Shown here: positions 1-13,117 of the stretch, piece after piece
Position numbering within the stretch: position 1 is the stretch's first letter
How the letters are laid out: the number at the start of each line of letters is the position of its first letter
DNA from: Eledone cirrhosa
Lineage: Eukaryota
NCBI GenBank assembly: GCA_964016885.1
Contig: OZ024743.1
Span: 46,376,001 to 46,440,000, forward strand
DNA: 64,000 nt
Direction: 5' to 3'
Made by a program: the position numbers and the translations under genes
Notes under the pieces: model-generated
Databases searched by the model: none
What the model saw: only the letters and a program-made list of their open reading frames with translations
What the model was told of the DNA's origin: nothing

Positions 1-69
1 CTGTTTTAAAAGAAAGAATGAAAAAGAACAAAATATTAAAATAGAAATATGTTGGTGAATCTTCATCAG

Positions 70-346
70 TTACGATGATGAGTGTTCCAGTTGTTTGACT
101 AACAGAATAGTCAGCTTGTGAAATAACATACAAGTAGCTGAGCATTCCACAGACGTGTATCCTCAACAAGTAATTCTCAGGGAGATTCAGCATGATACTG
201 AGTGTGACAAAGATGGCTAATTTTTGCCAGCTGAATGGACTGGAATAACATGAAATAAAGTATCTTGCTCAAGCTCACAACACCCTACCAAGAATTGAAC
301 TCACAACTTTGCAATTGCGAGCCAAACACCTTAACCATGCACCTTC
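70..346 (-). mobile_element. Degenerate tRNA-derived SINE
   Basis: Minus strand has GAGTTCAATTC B-box and TTGAGCAAGATACTTTATTTCA central domain shared with the 13118 SINE; the tail differs. Confidence 0.7.
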
Positions 347-629
347 ATAATATTATGTAGAGAAAACAACAAGCGTTTTAAGGCCATTTTTCTGCCAAAG
401 CAGGAGTCTTTTTTGAACTAATGTTTTACAACTGTCTTCTCCTGCACACTGCATCTGACCCCACTTATGTCCAGTTTCTCTCTCAGTTTATTTATGCTTC
501 ATTGTTCATGTACATACCATTTCACATCCACCAAAGCATGCCACATTTCTTTCCAATCTTCAAAGGTTTTCTGCACACGAAGCCGAAGTCACTTCCATGC
601 AGTGAACCTATGAAGATTGAAATGAAATG

Positions 630-1400
630 AGGTATGTGTGCTCTGGTGGATGAGTAATAGTAGTGTATATGAATAATGAAGCATAAATAAGCTGAAAAAC
701 GAGGCACAAGTAGGGTCAGACGCAGTGTGCAGGAGAGGACATTACAATGGGATGGATATGTGATGCACACAGAAGATAACAACGGCAAAAAGAAGTGTAG
801 GGTGCTCAATGTTAATGGAAGAGGAAGATCTAGAAAAACTTGAGATAATGTGGTAAAAGTTAACCTCCCACAATTAAACCTCATGAAGGAGATGACACAG
901 GTTCGCATGTACATAGAGAGGATGGCAGGTAAAAAAACAGAGAAGATCACACATAAATCCTCACCAGCCAGTTTGCACCAATCTGCCTCATACACTTTCC
1001 CCCACATCAGTCCTCCTCCACTCACAAGATCCATCCCCAACTTGTTTGTATAACTGACACTAGCATGAAAAGACAGGCGCCTCCTCTTCATCTATTCTTC
1101 CAACCCATACCAGCATACAAAGACGGATACACACGCACTCCTCTTCTATATCCAGCCCATGCCAATATGGAAAGCTGAGCAAGCCCCGCCCCACAATGAA
1201 ATACTTGGTTGAGGTTGGGAAGGGTGAACACTCTGTAAAGTGGTAGTGCTGATGCCACGACATAAAGCATTTTTCCCACGATACGGTAGTCATGCTGATG
1301 CCAAAACAAAAAGCATCTAGTCCACCTTGGAAGATAGTTGTGTTGGTGCCACACAAAAAGATTCTAGTACATGCTGTAAAGTGGCCGGTTTTAGGAAGAG
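630..1400 (+). mobile_element. Degenerate RTE 3' fragment with 3' UTR
   Basis: Remnants of the RL.W.G.V and GRGR.RKTW motifs; UTR repeats resemble other RTE copies in the window. Confidence 0.6.
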
Positions 1401-1419
1401 TGTTGAAAGTTGCACGGTC

Positions 1420-1625
1420 ATTTGTTGTGAAAGTTCACAAAAGGTTGGCAGGGATTCTACAGCAGTAGCCAAACGTAAAATGCCTCCTCAGAGTCCCTAT
1501 ACCATCAGAACACCAAAATTTGTATGAAAGGTGCAGAAAATAATAGATAAGAACTCCAGAAAGTCAATTCACGCCATTACTAAGGAGCTCAAGGTTTCAA
1601 GGCACATTATCAGAAGTCTGTTATA
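1420..1625 (+). mobile_element. Tc1/mariner-type transposase HTH remnant
   Basis: Reads AKRK...TIRTPKFV*KVQKIIDKNSRKSIHAITKELKVS, resembling mariner-superfamily N-terminal HTH. Confidence 0.5.
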
Positions 1626-1960
1626 CATTCAAGCATGGCCAGCACTACATCAAAATTATGTATGCCACTTACAAATTCTCTTTATTTTTTACCTAAAACT
1701 GATATCATAATTACCCTAATTCTGAAGCAATGTCACATAATATTCAAATTATCTCACAATGTATTCCTAATCAGTAGACTCGACATGGTTTACGTACATG
1801 TCTATAAGGATACATGTGTGCATTGACACAGTCTATGGAGAGGAAATCTCTATCAGCTTATCTTAACTTTATGTTTATATTCTGACTTACAGTAAACCAT
1901 CTACATTTAACAAAAGAAACTGAAGACTAAAGCAGTATAGTTTATATGAAACATTGTGAG

Positions 1961-2345
1961 GTAAGTAATGAAGAAAGTATTGGGAAAGCCGATACAATAC
2001 AAATAGGATATATAAAGGAACTAGAATGAGGCAAAATAAGAATGACAAAACAAAGCAATAGATTTTACCCTATATATTTCAAGGTTAGAACCCTCTTTTC
2101 AAATGACAACCGAAGAAAAATCAGAGTATCTTATTCCTAGAAATTAAAGGAATACTATGTAGGAATAAGATGCCCTGATTTTTCTTCGTCCATCATTTGA
2201 AAAAAAAGTTCTAACCTTGAAATGTCATGAAATATATAGGGTAAAAACTCTTGGTTTGTTTAGTCAATTTTATTTTTCTCTATTCTAGTTCTTTTATATA
2301 TCCTATTTGTATTGTACCGACTTTCCTAATACTTTCTTAATTACA
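1961..2345. repeat. Diverged fold-back (MITE-like) inverted repeat
   Basis: Arms ~1961-2140 and ~2160-2345 are reverse complements with mismatches (e.g. caatacaaataggatatataaa / tttatatatcctatttgtattg). Confidence 0.8.
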
Positions 2346-2359
2346 CTAAAGAATATTTT

Positions 2360-3830
2360 CATCATCATCATCGTTTTAGCGTCCGCTTTCCCTGCTAGCA
2401 ATGGTTTGATGGGTCTACAAAGACCAACTCAGTATTGAAGCAGTGGCTACTGATCTCCCAGACAAGCCAGGTATCTGTCGTCTCGCTTATGTTTAGTCAC
2501 GCACAGGGGAAGGTTGCCATGTCTTTCACACAACTGAGGGTCCTCCCAACCCTTTTTTTTCGCAAGCTTTCTACGGCTGGATGCCTTTCCTATCACCAAC
2601 CACTTTACAGCATGTATTGTGTGTGTTTATCGTGTTGACCATCAAACACTAGGGAGGCTGTTATGCCTTGACGTGACTGAAGGGTCCTCCCAACCCTTTG
2701 TTTGGCAGGCCCTCCCTTGCTGGATGCCCTTTCCATCACCAAACATTTCATAAGGGGACAGCAGCTAGGAGCATGTGAGGGAGGAGGCATGGAGTGTGTA
2801 CAGTGAAGGTGAGGGTTGTAGTGGTGTCAGGGATAGCTGTTGGTGAGCTGTGGTAGTGAAGGAGTGGGATCAGACCAGATTGTATGTTGCAGGTTGGGTC
2901 TTCTTTAACACCACGTAATGCCAGCCCTCACAATCTTTACTCATTTCTGTTATGAGGTTTAGTTTCTTAAGGTCAGTCTTAACAACCTCATCCCATGTCA
3001 TCCTGGGTCTACCTCTTCTACAGAAGGTTTCTACTGGGGTTTCTCTGCATTTCTTTATGCAGCTGTTATCTTCCATGCACATCACATGTCCATACTAATG
3101 CAGTCTTCTCTCTTGCACACTACATCCAATTCCTCTTATGCCAAGTTTTTCTCTCAGTTTGTTTGTTATGTCACTCATACACACTAACATTACACATCCA
3201 TCGAAGCATACTTAACTCATTTCTTTCTAGCTTCTGCAGTCATATTTCACTGCCATGTAACATTGCATTCACACACAGGCATCATACAGTCAACCCTTCA
3301 CTCTGAGAGAAAAGCATTTTCTTGTTAGCAGTACCTGGTCTCCTTTTTAGCTATCTGGTATTGCTTTCTGTCTCCTCTCTTCCTCCAGGCTTGTTGTTTT
3401 GTTTTAATAGCTCATTTTGCTAGGTCATTCCTCCACCATGTCCCACTCTATCTTGGTGGGACTTTGCTCCAGCTGCAGAGCTGGTCTATGGCTTCCAGTA
3501 AGTTGTCCCATAGAAATTCCCAATTTTTCTGTTATATGTCCCAAACTCCTCTTCCTTACTGTCAGAGGTGTCAAGTAGGGTTTCTCTAAATTTGTTACCT
3601 ACTGTGGGTTCTCTCAGCTTTCATGTCTTCCTTCTCCAGACTGGCTTTTGTCTCTTGGTCCACCTAGCCCTTACTCTAAAGTCACTGACAACTAATCTAT
3701 TTTGGGAGGTCTTGGTATTTATGATCATTTTGGGAAGGTCTTGGTATTTATGATCATTTGTCTGTCTTGTTTCCTGGTGATGAAGTCTATCTAGCTTGTA
3801 TGACACCTTGATTGGTAGGTAATTGGGTGG
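2360..3830 (-). mobile_element. Degenerate, internally deleted RTE LINE
   Basis: RRGRPRMTWDEVVKTDL C-terminus; APE-end motif LVVSDFRVRARWTKRQKPVWRRK; (CAT)n tail at ~2360. Confidence 0.8.
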
Positions 3831-4054
3831 TTGGCTGGTTTATATATATTTATCACAAATTATTGTGACAATGTTTAATTAAACATCATCATCAGTTTAT
3901 GTTAATTTTCCATTAACTTTAGTGATGGAACACTGAGTGGCTAACACTGCCATATTTGTTTCAAATCTACTACAGTAATGTGTAATGTATAGTAAATCTA
4001 TAATGAAGAGCAGTTAGAAAATATACACACACACACACACATATATATACTTAC

Positions 4055-4318
4055 CTAATGCAGTAATAGTGATAAGTTTCACAACCACAACTGGAGGTTC
4101 ACAGTCACCATAGAATGGTTTTGATGCATATGTTCCAAGACTCATGACCATTATTGATACCATTCCTGGTCGTATGACAAACATTGCCAACCAAGCAAAT
4201 AAAAATGCTGGTACAGGACCCCAGGTTGGATGTGATGAACCAAATGTGTGTATAAGATATGCATATTCTCCACCTGATTTAGGAATTGCAGCCCCTAACT
4301 CAGCATAACATAAAGAAC
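4055..4318 (-). CDS. SLC7 transporter coding exon 3; gene continues beyond the left edge
   Basis: TTTTCTTTACAG acceptor and GTAAGT donor, 264 nt. Reads GSLCYAELGAAIPKSGGEYAYLIHTFG...PVPAFLFAWLAMFVIRPG...KLITITAL (LCYAELG..IPKSGGEY motif). Window positions 1-28 read as another minus-strand acceptor. Confidence 0.95.
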
Positions 4319-5282
4319 CTGTAAAGAAAATGAAATCTTCAGCATGAGAAGAAAAACAATTATTTATTACAAAAGAAAAAATTCTAAAACAAAAAAAGAA
4401 TTTTTAAGATTATAAAATTTTCAAGGCTGTTGTATCAAGAATTAATAATGATATGTATTATAAAAAGGAAGAAAGCTGATTGTCAGATGGGACCAAGGAA
4501 ACTGTGTTTCCATTGCTGAAACTATCTGCCAGCTGTAACTACAAAAAGAGGCTGGGTTTGAACTTAGAACTCACAGAACTAAATCAGATATCACTAAGTA
4601 TCCTGTCCAACTCTAACAATTCCACCAATCTGCTAGAAATGGACTGGTACTTTATTAATCAATCCCAAAACGATGAAAGACAAAGTTGGTCTCAGCAGGA
4701 TTTTAACTTGGAGTGCACAGAGCCAGAATAATTAGAGGCATTTAACCCAATGCTTTAATGACCCTACTTAAATAGTTAAATGGGATACTTTTCAGTCTCT
4801 GATTCAGCTCTAAACATTGAGTTCAAATCCTACCTCCTTCTACCAAGAGTTCCGAATGGCAGATTGTATCAACAATAGGAAGACCAATGGAAATATTGTT
4901 TCCTTGGTCTGATCTGTATATGTGTTATAGGGTTATGATAAATACTGAATATGTCCAGGATATCCAAGTAACCCTTTAAAACATAACAAGCTACATTATT
5001 ATAGAGTTATCTATATATGATCCAGAGAAAGCCACATACACATCTTCACTCTCGTCATAAAACTTGATATAACTCTAATCTGATGAGATATACTGCCTAT
5101 GTTTTCCAATTAATTTGGAAAATTGGACAAATTTAGTAAAATACCTTTCTTGCTAGTAAGCTGTCATTTGGAACATTATAAAATATTCTGAGGTAAAATT
5201 ATGATCGACAGCTTTAATTTAGATATGGAAGATATAAAATGGAAAGTTTTATATCCTAAAATTTGACGTGGCCCTCATGTTT

Positions 5283-6160
5283 CATCACCATCATCATCAC
5301 TGTTTTACGTCCGTTTTTCCATGCTAGCATGGGTTAGATGGGTTGTCCTGTTGTGGGCAGTGTCCAGTTGGCTGACCTTGTCTTGCTCATACAGGAACTG
5401 ATTCTGGCTTGATTTCTACAGCTGGATGCCCTTCATCATCATCATCATCATCATCGTTTAACATCCATATTCCACGCTTGCATGGGTTTGGACGGGAGTT
5501 TTCCCACTTGAGGCAAGAGTGGTTGTCTTGCTCGCATAAGACTGTCTGGCGGGTTTTCTACGGCTGGATGCCCTTCCTAACACCAACCACGTTTACAGTG
5601 TGGACTGGGAGGTTTTACTGTTACCTACACGGCCACATTACAGCGTGGACTGTGTGTTTTTTTGTCGTGACACCTACACGACCTCATTTGTTTCGGACTG
5701 GATGTTGTGGTACCAACATAACTTTACATTGAAAGGGGTGGTGTGGATGGGGTGGGGGTAGTGGGACGGAGGTGTATTTTGTTAGAGGTGCCTACTGACT
5801 GTAGTAGGTTTCACTTTGTACTTAGGTAAGGCGGGTCTTCTGTATTACTGTGTAGCGCCAAAGATCTCGGTCCAGTGACATTGTCTTGGAGAGGTGTAAG
5901 TGTGTGAGGTCGGAATTTATCAAGTCGTCCCAGGTTTTTCTGGGTCTGCCTACTCCGTGGCTACTGTCTATTTTTATTGCCCTGCACTTTTTTATACATG
6001 CTTTGCGTATATTACTATTACATATCCAGCGGAGCATGCAAGCTTCGTTCCTCTCCAGTCTGCGTATATCCTCTGCACACAATGCCCAGGTCTCACTGCC
6101 ATGTAACATTGCTGTTCGTATGCAGGCATCATACAGCCTGCCTTTCATTTTTAGAGAGAA
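5283..6160 (-). mobile_element. RTE 3' fragment with two stacked 3' tails
   Basis: ORF 5822-6148 matches the C-terminus of the 39938 element; (CAT)n tails at ~5283 and ~5433. Confidence 0.9.
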
Positions 6161-6162
6161 CC

Positions 6163-6412
6163 CTTTCCTAACACCAACCTCATTTACAGTGAGTGCTGGA
6201 TGCTTTTTTTTTATTTTTTCCGTGGCACCTCCATGACCGTTTTGCAGTGGAATGATAGGGACCCCAGTCCTATCATCTCATTTCTACAGCTGAGTTAACT
6301 GGAGCAATGTAAAATAAAGTGACTTGCTCAAGGAAACAACACATCACCCAGTCCAAGAATTGAACTCACAACCTTTCGATTGCAAGCTCAATACTCTAAC
6401 CACTAAGCCATG
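6163..6412 (-). mobile_element. tRNA-derived SINE (13118 family)
   Basis: Reverse complement of the 13118 SINE head and body. Confidence 0.85.
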
Positions 6413-7339
6413 TTTGTCAATAAAATATTCATACCAGTTAAATACTAAGAGAATGATGCAATTGGCTATGCCTCCCTTCTCCTAAAATGTATGGCTTTGT
6501 GCCTATGTTAGAAATCAGGATTATCATCAACATTATCTAATGTCTGTTTTCTCTATACATTTAATAAGCCTTTCTCAAAAATCAATATTTTGTCAATTGT
6601 GAAATATTAAGAAATTGAAAATTCAGAGACAAACAACGAATATACAACATAACACTAACACACCATTCCCCAACACCAATAAAATGTAATTTCTGGTTTA
6701 AAATACAACACAAATTCTACTGCAACACTCTATCCCACTTATAGGATATTTATATTGTATGTTCCTATTTGGTTGTCTTTTGTATAGGTACAATATTTGT
6801 GTAAGTTAGGGGAAAATGACATGGTCATTTGAATTAAGTTTGAAGCAGAAAATTAATACATTTAAATAATGTGGAAGTGTTCAGAAAAATATATAGAATA
6901 ATATTTAACCCTTCTGTTACCATTTTATAATGGAAGATACTGTCTATGATTTTCAATAATTTTTAAAATAATTAAAAATTTTGAGGGATTTAGTATCATA
7001 ACTTCCTCATTAAGCTGGTGTTTGGAATATAACTTAAAGGTGCTAATATAAAATTAGGAGGGAAGGATTTTAGGTAAATATAAACATTCTAAAACAAACA
7101 ACTTTATATTGTAGAATTAAAGGTGCTTTCCAGGCAGTTTGATATGAAAGGGATTAAGAAAAATATGATCGAGGCATATATTTATCATTCTAAAATATAA
7201 GAAACTTTTAAGACAGACAAAAAAGAAGGAAAAAAAAAAATGCCAATCCTCCAGAATGGACCAAAGAAACTATGCTTCCATTGTATTTTTCTATTATTGA
7301 TACTATCTGTTGGTTGCAACTTTTGGCAGAAGTATCACT

Positions 7340-8830
7340 GCTGTTGTGGTAATATGAGGCAGGATTTGAACCCAAAATGCTCAGAGCCAGGACATATACC
7401 ACAAAGCATCTCATCCAACGTTTCCACCAATCCCCATCCCGTGAACTGGTATTTTATTTTATTTATTGTCTCTAAATGGAAGAAAGGCAAAAGTAACCTC
7501 GGGGAGATTTGAACTCGGAGCACAGAGACTGGTAACAAACACTACAAAGCATTCTCTGTAAGATTTGAACTCAGAACAGAGTCAAAACAAATACCACACA
7601 GCATTCTTTCTGGCAGCCTAACAACTCTATCAACTCACAGACAAATATGTGAAAAAAGTATAAGGAAAAAACTCACCTAATGTAGCTAAGAGGCCACATA
7701 AAAACCAGATTATCAAACTCAAGGCGACTGAACCACCTCCAATTAATACTCCTTTGGGTGATATAAAAATACCAGAACCTACAAACAGAAGTATTGAATA
7801 TTTAATAATAAAATCAATATATTATTCCAATAACTAAAAATATTTAATGAAATGGCTTATAATTTAGGTACAAGGCAAGCAATTTGTAGGGAGAGGAAAT
7901 ACGATTATACCAACCCATGTACTTTACTGGTACTTCAGTTTATCGACTTCGAAAGGATGAAAGGCAAAGTTGACCTCTGTGACACTTGAACTCAAAACAT
8001 AAAAAGCAGGAACAAACACTGCTAGGCATTTGCCTGATGCTCTAACAACTTTGCCAATCAACTGCCCTCAATAATGATTTTTAACATAAGCACAAGGTCA
8101 GAAATTTGGTGGGAGGGAAAAGTCGGTTATATCAACATCAGTACTTGACTGGAACTTTATTTTATCAACCTAAGAAGTATTCAATAATTATGATTTTACT
8201 TTAGGCAGAAGACAGTAATTTGGAGGAAGGAAAGCCAATTATATTGATTCCAGTATGTTACTGGTACTTTATTTTATCAACCTTGGAAGGATGAAAGACA
8301 GGATTTGGCAGGATTTGAATTCAGAACAAATACTGCTAAGGAGTTATCCGATGCTCTAATGACTCTGCTAATCGACTGTCCAGCAAAATATTCAATAATA
8401 ATGGTTTCTGATATAGGCACAGGGCCTGGAGAAGGGAAAGTAGATTAAATCAACCCCAGAATGTTACTGGTGCTTTATTTTATTGACCCTGTAAGGATGA
8501 AAGGCAAAGTTAACCTCGGTGAGATTTGGACTCGGAACGTAAAGATCCGTAATTCTATGCCGCAAAGCATGTTGTCTGACGCTCTACCGATTCAGCCAAT
8601 CCACTGCCCTTATCATTCAATAATAATTGTTTCTACTTTTGGCACAAGGCAAGCAATTATCCCAGTGTATTACTGGTGCTTTATTTTCTCGACCCTGTAA
8701 GGATGAAAAGCAAAGTTAACCTCGGAGGGATTTGAACTCAGACCATAAAGGGCCGAAACTCTTTGCTGCAAAGCATGGTGCCGGACCCTCTACCGATACT
8801 GCCAATTCACCACCCTTATTATTATTCAAT
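7340..8830 (-). mobile_element. Cluster of tRNA-derived SINEs with a Nin-like central domain, flanking exon 2
   Basis: Repeated actggtactttattttatcgac...aggatgaaaggcaaagttgacctc...gatttgaactc units. Related copies at ~4540-4760, ~30790-30890 and 46290-46480. Confidence 0.75.
7677..7778 (-). CDS. SLC7 transporter coding exon 2
   Basis: AG acceptor and GTGAGT donor, 102 nt, phase 1-1. Reads [34 protein letters not shown], containing the LAT-family GSGIF.SP signature. Confidence 0.95.
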
Positions 8831-9407
8831 AATAATAAAATCAATATATAATAAACAATGCTTTTGTTTTAATATTTTATATCTATTTTATATTACAATC
8901 ACCATAATCAACAACAGTTTTATGTCTGTATTTCCATGGTAACATGAGAGTTGAATGAATGTTTTGAGACAATTCTCAAGTAGAATTGTCTTTTACTTAT
9001 TTAAATAAGGTGTGCATCTTTGCATGTTAACCCTTTAGCATTTAAACTGGCCAGAATTCTCTCACCTCTTTCTGTTCAACCCAGCCGTAACTGACTGCTC
9101 ATACTGATGTTAAGGTATTGTTCTTAAAATAATATCAAAATCTCATAGATTCAATATTATGTAAGATAAAGCCTTTACTGCAAAAATATAATACTATATA
9201 TAGAGTAATGTAAATGCTAATGAGTTAAAACACTGAGCAGCATGATCTCAGTTTATGCAGAATGTAAACAAATACCACTGCCTGCAATGTCAAATACCAT
9301 AGAATTCCCTCTCGAAAAGTCTCATACAACCAAGCAGCAAAAAACAACAACACAGTAATGATAATGATAACAATGATATTAATTGTAAAGAAAACTGCAT
9401 TACCCAC

Positions 9408-9573
9408 CGATCATTGTTCCTACAATCAATGCAACAGCACTGAATAAACCAACACTTTTCTCCATCACCACAATTTCCTGACCACCAGAAATGGGATTCA
9501 ATGCTTCTTTCTCTGGCATTTTTTCTTCATTTATTTTACCATCCTGAGAGGGTTTTTTTACTTCTGAAATCAT
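9408..9573 (-). CDS. SLC7 (LAT/b(0,+)AT-like) amino-acid transporter, first coding exon seen
   Basis: Pyrimidine-rich TAG acceptor directly before ATG; GTGGGT donor. 166 nt reads MISEVKKPSQDGKINEEKMPEKEALNPISGGQEIVVMEKSVGLFSAVALIVGTMI(G), the TM1 lead-in of SLC7 light chains. Confidence 0.92.
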
Positions 9574-9759
9574 CTAAAAATAAAATTTAAAAATTGTTTT
9601 AAAAGCTAAAAAAAAAAAAATAATAAATTGACATATCAAAAGTTCATGGAGCTATTACTTCTGCTGTTATCGATGGGGTTTTATCTCTGAGTGAAAGGTA
9701 TATTATATGATACCTTGATACAAAATGTCATGTTGCATAATAACAGGATATGCAAAGGT

Positions 9760-10090
9760 TAGAAAGAAATAAGGCTAGCATGCTGGAAGTACAGTGTTAA
9801 TGTGCATGAACAATGAAGAACAGATAAGTCAGAGGCAAAACTGAGTGGAGGAGGAATCAGATGTAGTGTACATGAGAGGTGATTGCATTGATACAGATAC
9901 ATGGTGCATAGGGACAATGATTGTTGGGTGAAGAAGTGCCAGGAATTCCAAGTTGAAGATAGCTGCAGAAGAGGAAGACCATGGAAAACCTGGGCAGAAG
10001 TGGTGAGAGCCGATTTCAAAAGGAGGGGGATGAATGAATGCAACAGATGGAGGGAAGCTGTGCTGAAAAAGACTCATCTATACTTCTTGT
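9760..10090 (+). mobile_element. Degenerate RTE 3' fragment
   Basis: WVKKCQEFQVEDSCRRGRPWKTWAEVVRAD. Confidence 0.75.
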
Positions 10091-10512
10091 GATAAATAAT
10101 TACTTATTCTCAATCTTTAATTATTTAATATAGTTCATAATATATTATTATCATTTTACGCCTTTTCTCCATGTTGCCATGGATTTAACAACGCTAATTT
10201 ATACATATATATTTACCTTTTCTTTCAAATACTGTCATATATATTTTTTTTCGCTTCTTATCCCATTTTTCTTCCTTCCTAGAACTTATTTCTTACAATC
10301 TCTTTTGTTTTGTTCATAAAAATTCTATTTGCTGCCAGGTTTTTGCCTGTCACTCTTCTTCTAAACCCTATTCTCGTCCTCTCCACTGCCGAAACGTTAA
10401 CACCCTCTTCCTGCTATTTCAAGCATTAACCTAATATATTCCTTTCATATACTGTACTGATTGTGTTGTTATTTCTGTTTACCTTTTACACACACATATA
10501 TATATATATATA

Positions 10513-11373
10513 AGAAGACTAGAGAGGAACGAAGCTTGCATGCTCCGCTGGATGTGCAATAGTAATATACGTGAACGGCAAAGCATAAACGAACTAAGGA
10601 AAAAATTAGAAATAAGAGGGATCAGATGTTGTTTACTCGAGAGAAGGCTACGTTGGTACGGTCACGTGATGCGCATGAAAGACGACAGCTGTATAACAAA
10701 GTGCAGGGCAATAAAGATAGACGGTAGCCACGGAGTAGGCAGACCCAGAAAAACATGGGACGAGCTGATAAATTCCGACCTCACACGCTTACACCTCTCC
10801 AAGACAATGTCACTGGACCGAGACCTTTGGCGGTACTCAGTAATAGAGAAGACCCGCCTTACCTAAATACAAAGTAAAAACCTACTACAGTCAGTAGGCA
10901 TCTCTATCAAAACACACCCCCGTCCCACCACCTCCACCCCATCCACACCGCCCCTTTCAATGTAAAGTTATGTTGGTCCCACAACATCCAGGCCGAAACA
11001 AATGAGATCGTGTAGGTGTCACGACAAAAAAACACAGTCCACGCTGTAAATGTGGCCGTGTAGGCAACACGGTAAAAACCTCCCAGCCCCACACTGTAAA
11101 TGTGGTTGGTGTTAGGAAGGGCATCCAGCTGTAGAAAACCCGCCAGACAGTCCACGCTGTAATGTGGCCGTGTAGGCAACACGGTAAAAACCTCCCAGCC
11201 CGACACTGTAAATGTGGTTGGTGTTAGGAAGGGCATCCAACTGTAGAAAACCCGCCAGACAGTCCTATGCGAGCAAGACAACAACTCTTGCCTCAAGTGG
11301 GAAAACCCCCGTCCAAACCCACGCAAGCGTGGAACACGGACGCTAAACCTGATGATGATGATGATGATGATGA
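10513..11373 (+). mobile_element. 5'-truncated RTE copy next to a (TA)n run
   Basis: ORF 10540-10866 is the RTE C-terminus; 3' UTR has an internal duplication; (GAT)n tail. Confidence 0.92.
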
Positions 11374-11374
11374 T

Positions 11375-12950
11375 AAGAAAGGATATTAGCGCAACTAGTT
11401 AGAGAAAGGGTCAAACTAGATGAGATGCAGTTTGGTTTTGTGCCTGGGAAAAGTACAACAGATGCCCTCTTCTTAGTGAGACAATGACAAGAGAGTGTAG
11501 TGACCTACATTCCGCGGGCTCACATACATTCTCTGTGCGTGATTTGGCTCAGCTCAGCCAATCAGCGCCAGTAGAAGAGAATGTATCCCTACGCGCTCTG
11601 AAGGAAAAATTCCCTGCGTTGATTTGAGAAATCACTCTCTTACACGCTGACTTCGAAAAGGTAAACACCTAAGTTTCTTTCGTCGTGAAATCACTAGCCA
11701 ACATGTAACACAACTTAACCATGGCCTGGCAACACTTCAGCCAGTAGACCGTGCCTCCTGAACTCTTAATTCGTTTGTTTTATCTCTCTTGGCATGCCAG
11801 CTACTCAGCTTAACCTTATTAATAATGTAAAACACGCCAAAGTCGTTGTCGATATTCCTAACATCTTACTACCAAACTGTTACCACAGCAATGCCTTTAA
11901 ATGTGATATGGAAGGATTCCTTCCAGAGGTATTATCACAGCAGCAACAGAACCTGAGACTTACAGCCTGACCTCAATTCTTCGTGGTGATACATCTACTC
12001 TTAAAACCATCCTGTTAAAACTGGTTACTTTCGACGCAGGAGTATTTAAGTACGAAAAGCGCCTTTAAAAAATATATATATACATCAACCCAGTATTCTG
12101 TTAAAAGAGGTTCTTAGAGAAGAATAAGCCACTATACTTAGCTTTTGTTGACCTACAGAAGGCCTTTGATAGGGTACTCCGATCTGTCATCTGGTGGTCC
12201 CTAAGGAAACTAGGTGTTGAGGAATGGTTTGTTGGACAGTGCAAACTTTGTACAGAGGTGCTGTCAGTAAAGTGAGGGTAGGAATGGAGTTTAGTGAGGA
12301 ATTCCAGATACAAGTAGGAGTACATCAGGGTTTGGTCCTCAGCCAGCTCTTGTTCATTATAGTCCTCCAAGCCATAACAGAGGAGTTTAAGACTGGCTGT
12401 CCATGGGAACGTCTCTATGCTGATGATCTGGTTCTTATAGCATAAATTCTATAAAATGTACACAATGCAGATCTTGGGTACACAAGAGATGTAGTGGGAT
12501 AGCAGGCAAACTAACAGGTAGGGAGAAATACGTATGCAGTAGATGTACAGGGAAATTTGACAGTAGAAGTCGCATTGATAGACACATTTTTCAAATGTAG
12601 GTGGGTGCTATAGAAGTGGTTGATAGCTTCCGGTATCTAGGTGATCAGATTAGGGGGGGGGGGTCCGAGGTCATAGTATCTAGAATAAGGATGGATTGGA
12701 AGAAGTTTAGGGAGCTGCTTCCTCTGCTGACGAAAAAGGGTTTCTCCCTACATACAAAAGACCGGTTATATGATGCCTGTGTGAGGAGCGCAATGCTGCA
12801 TGGTAGTGAGACATGAGCAGCAACTGCAGAGGATATGCGACGGCTGGAGAGAAATAAGGCAAACATGCCCCGTTGGATGTGCAATGTCAATGTGCGTGAA
12901 CGACCGAGCATGGATGTGTTGAGGAGAAACTGTATCTGAGAGGGATAGAT
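11375..12950 (+). mobile_element. Degenerate RTE RT region interrupted by a solo LTR
   Basis: DEMQFGFVPGKSTTDALFLVRQ / LAFVDLQKAFDRV / GVHQG / LYADDL motifs. Confidence 0.85.
11496..12105. mobile_element. Solo LTR (~610 bp)
   Basis: Starts TGT, ends TGTTAAA (degenerate ...ACA), flanked by AGAG duplication; splits the RTE frame at RQ.QE|RFLEKNKPLY. Confidence 0.65.
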
Positions 12951-13117
12951 TCTAGAGGGGTTATCAATTATAAACACTAGAAAAAATAGAAAACATACAT
13001 AGGTTCACATATAAAAATATATATATAAATACGTACAGACAAAAGCACATGCATGCGTACATACATACAAAGGCGCGCATACATACACACGAAGCACATA
13101 TATATATATGTACATGT

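Noticed and set aside
2105-2155. Hammerhead at ccgaaga...gaaa in the 2-kb fold-back
   Set aside because: No stem II between the motifs and no helix I.
4055-9573. Assigning the symbol SLC7A9
   Set aside because: The family is clear, but orthology among SLC7 light chains cannot be fixed from three exons without a phylogeny.
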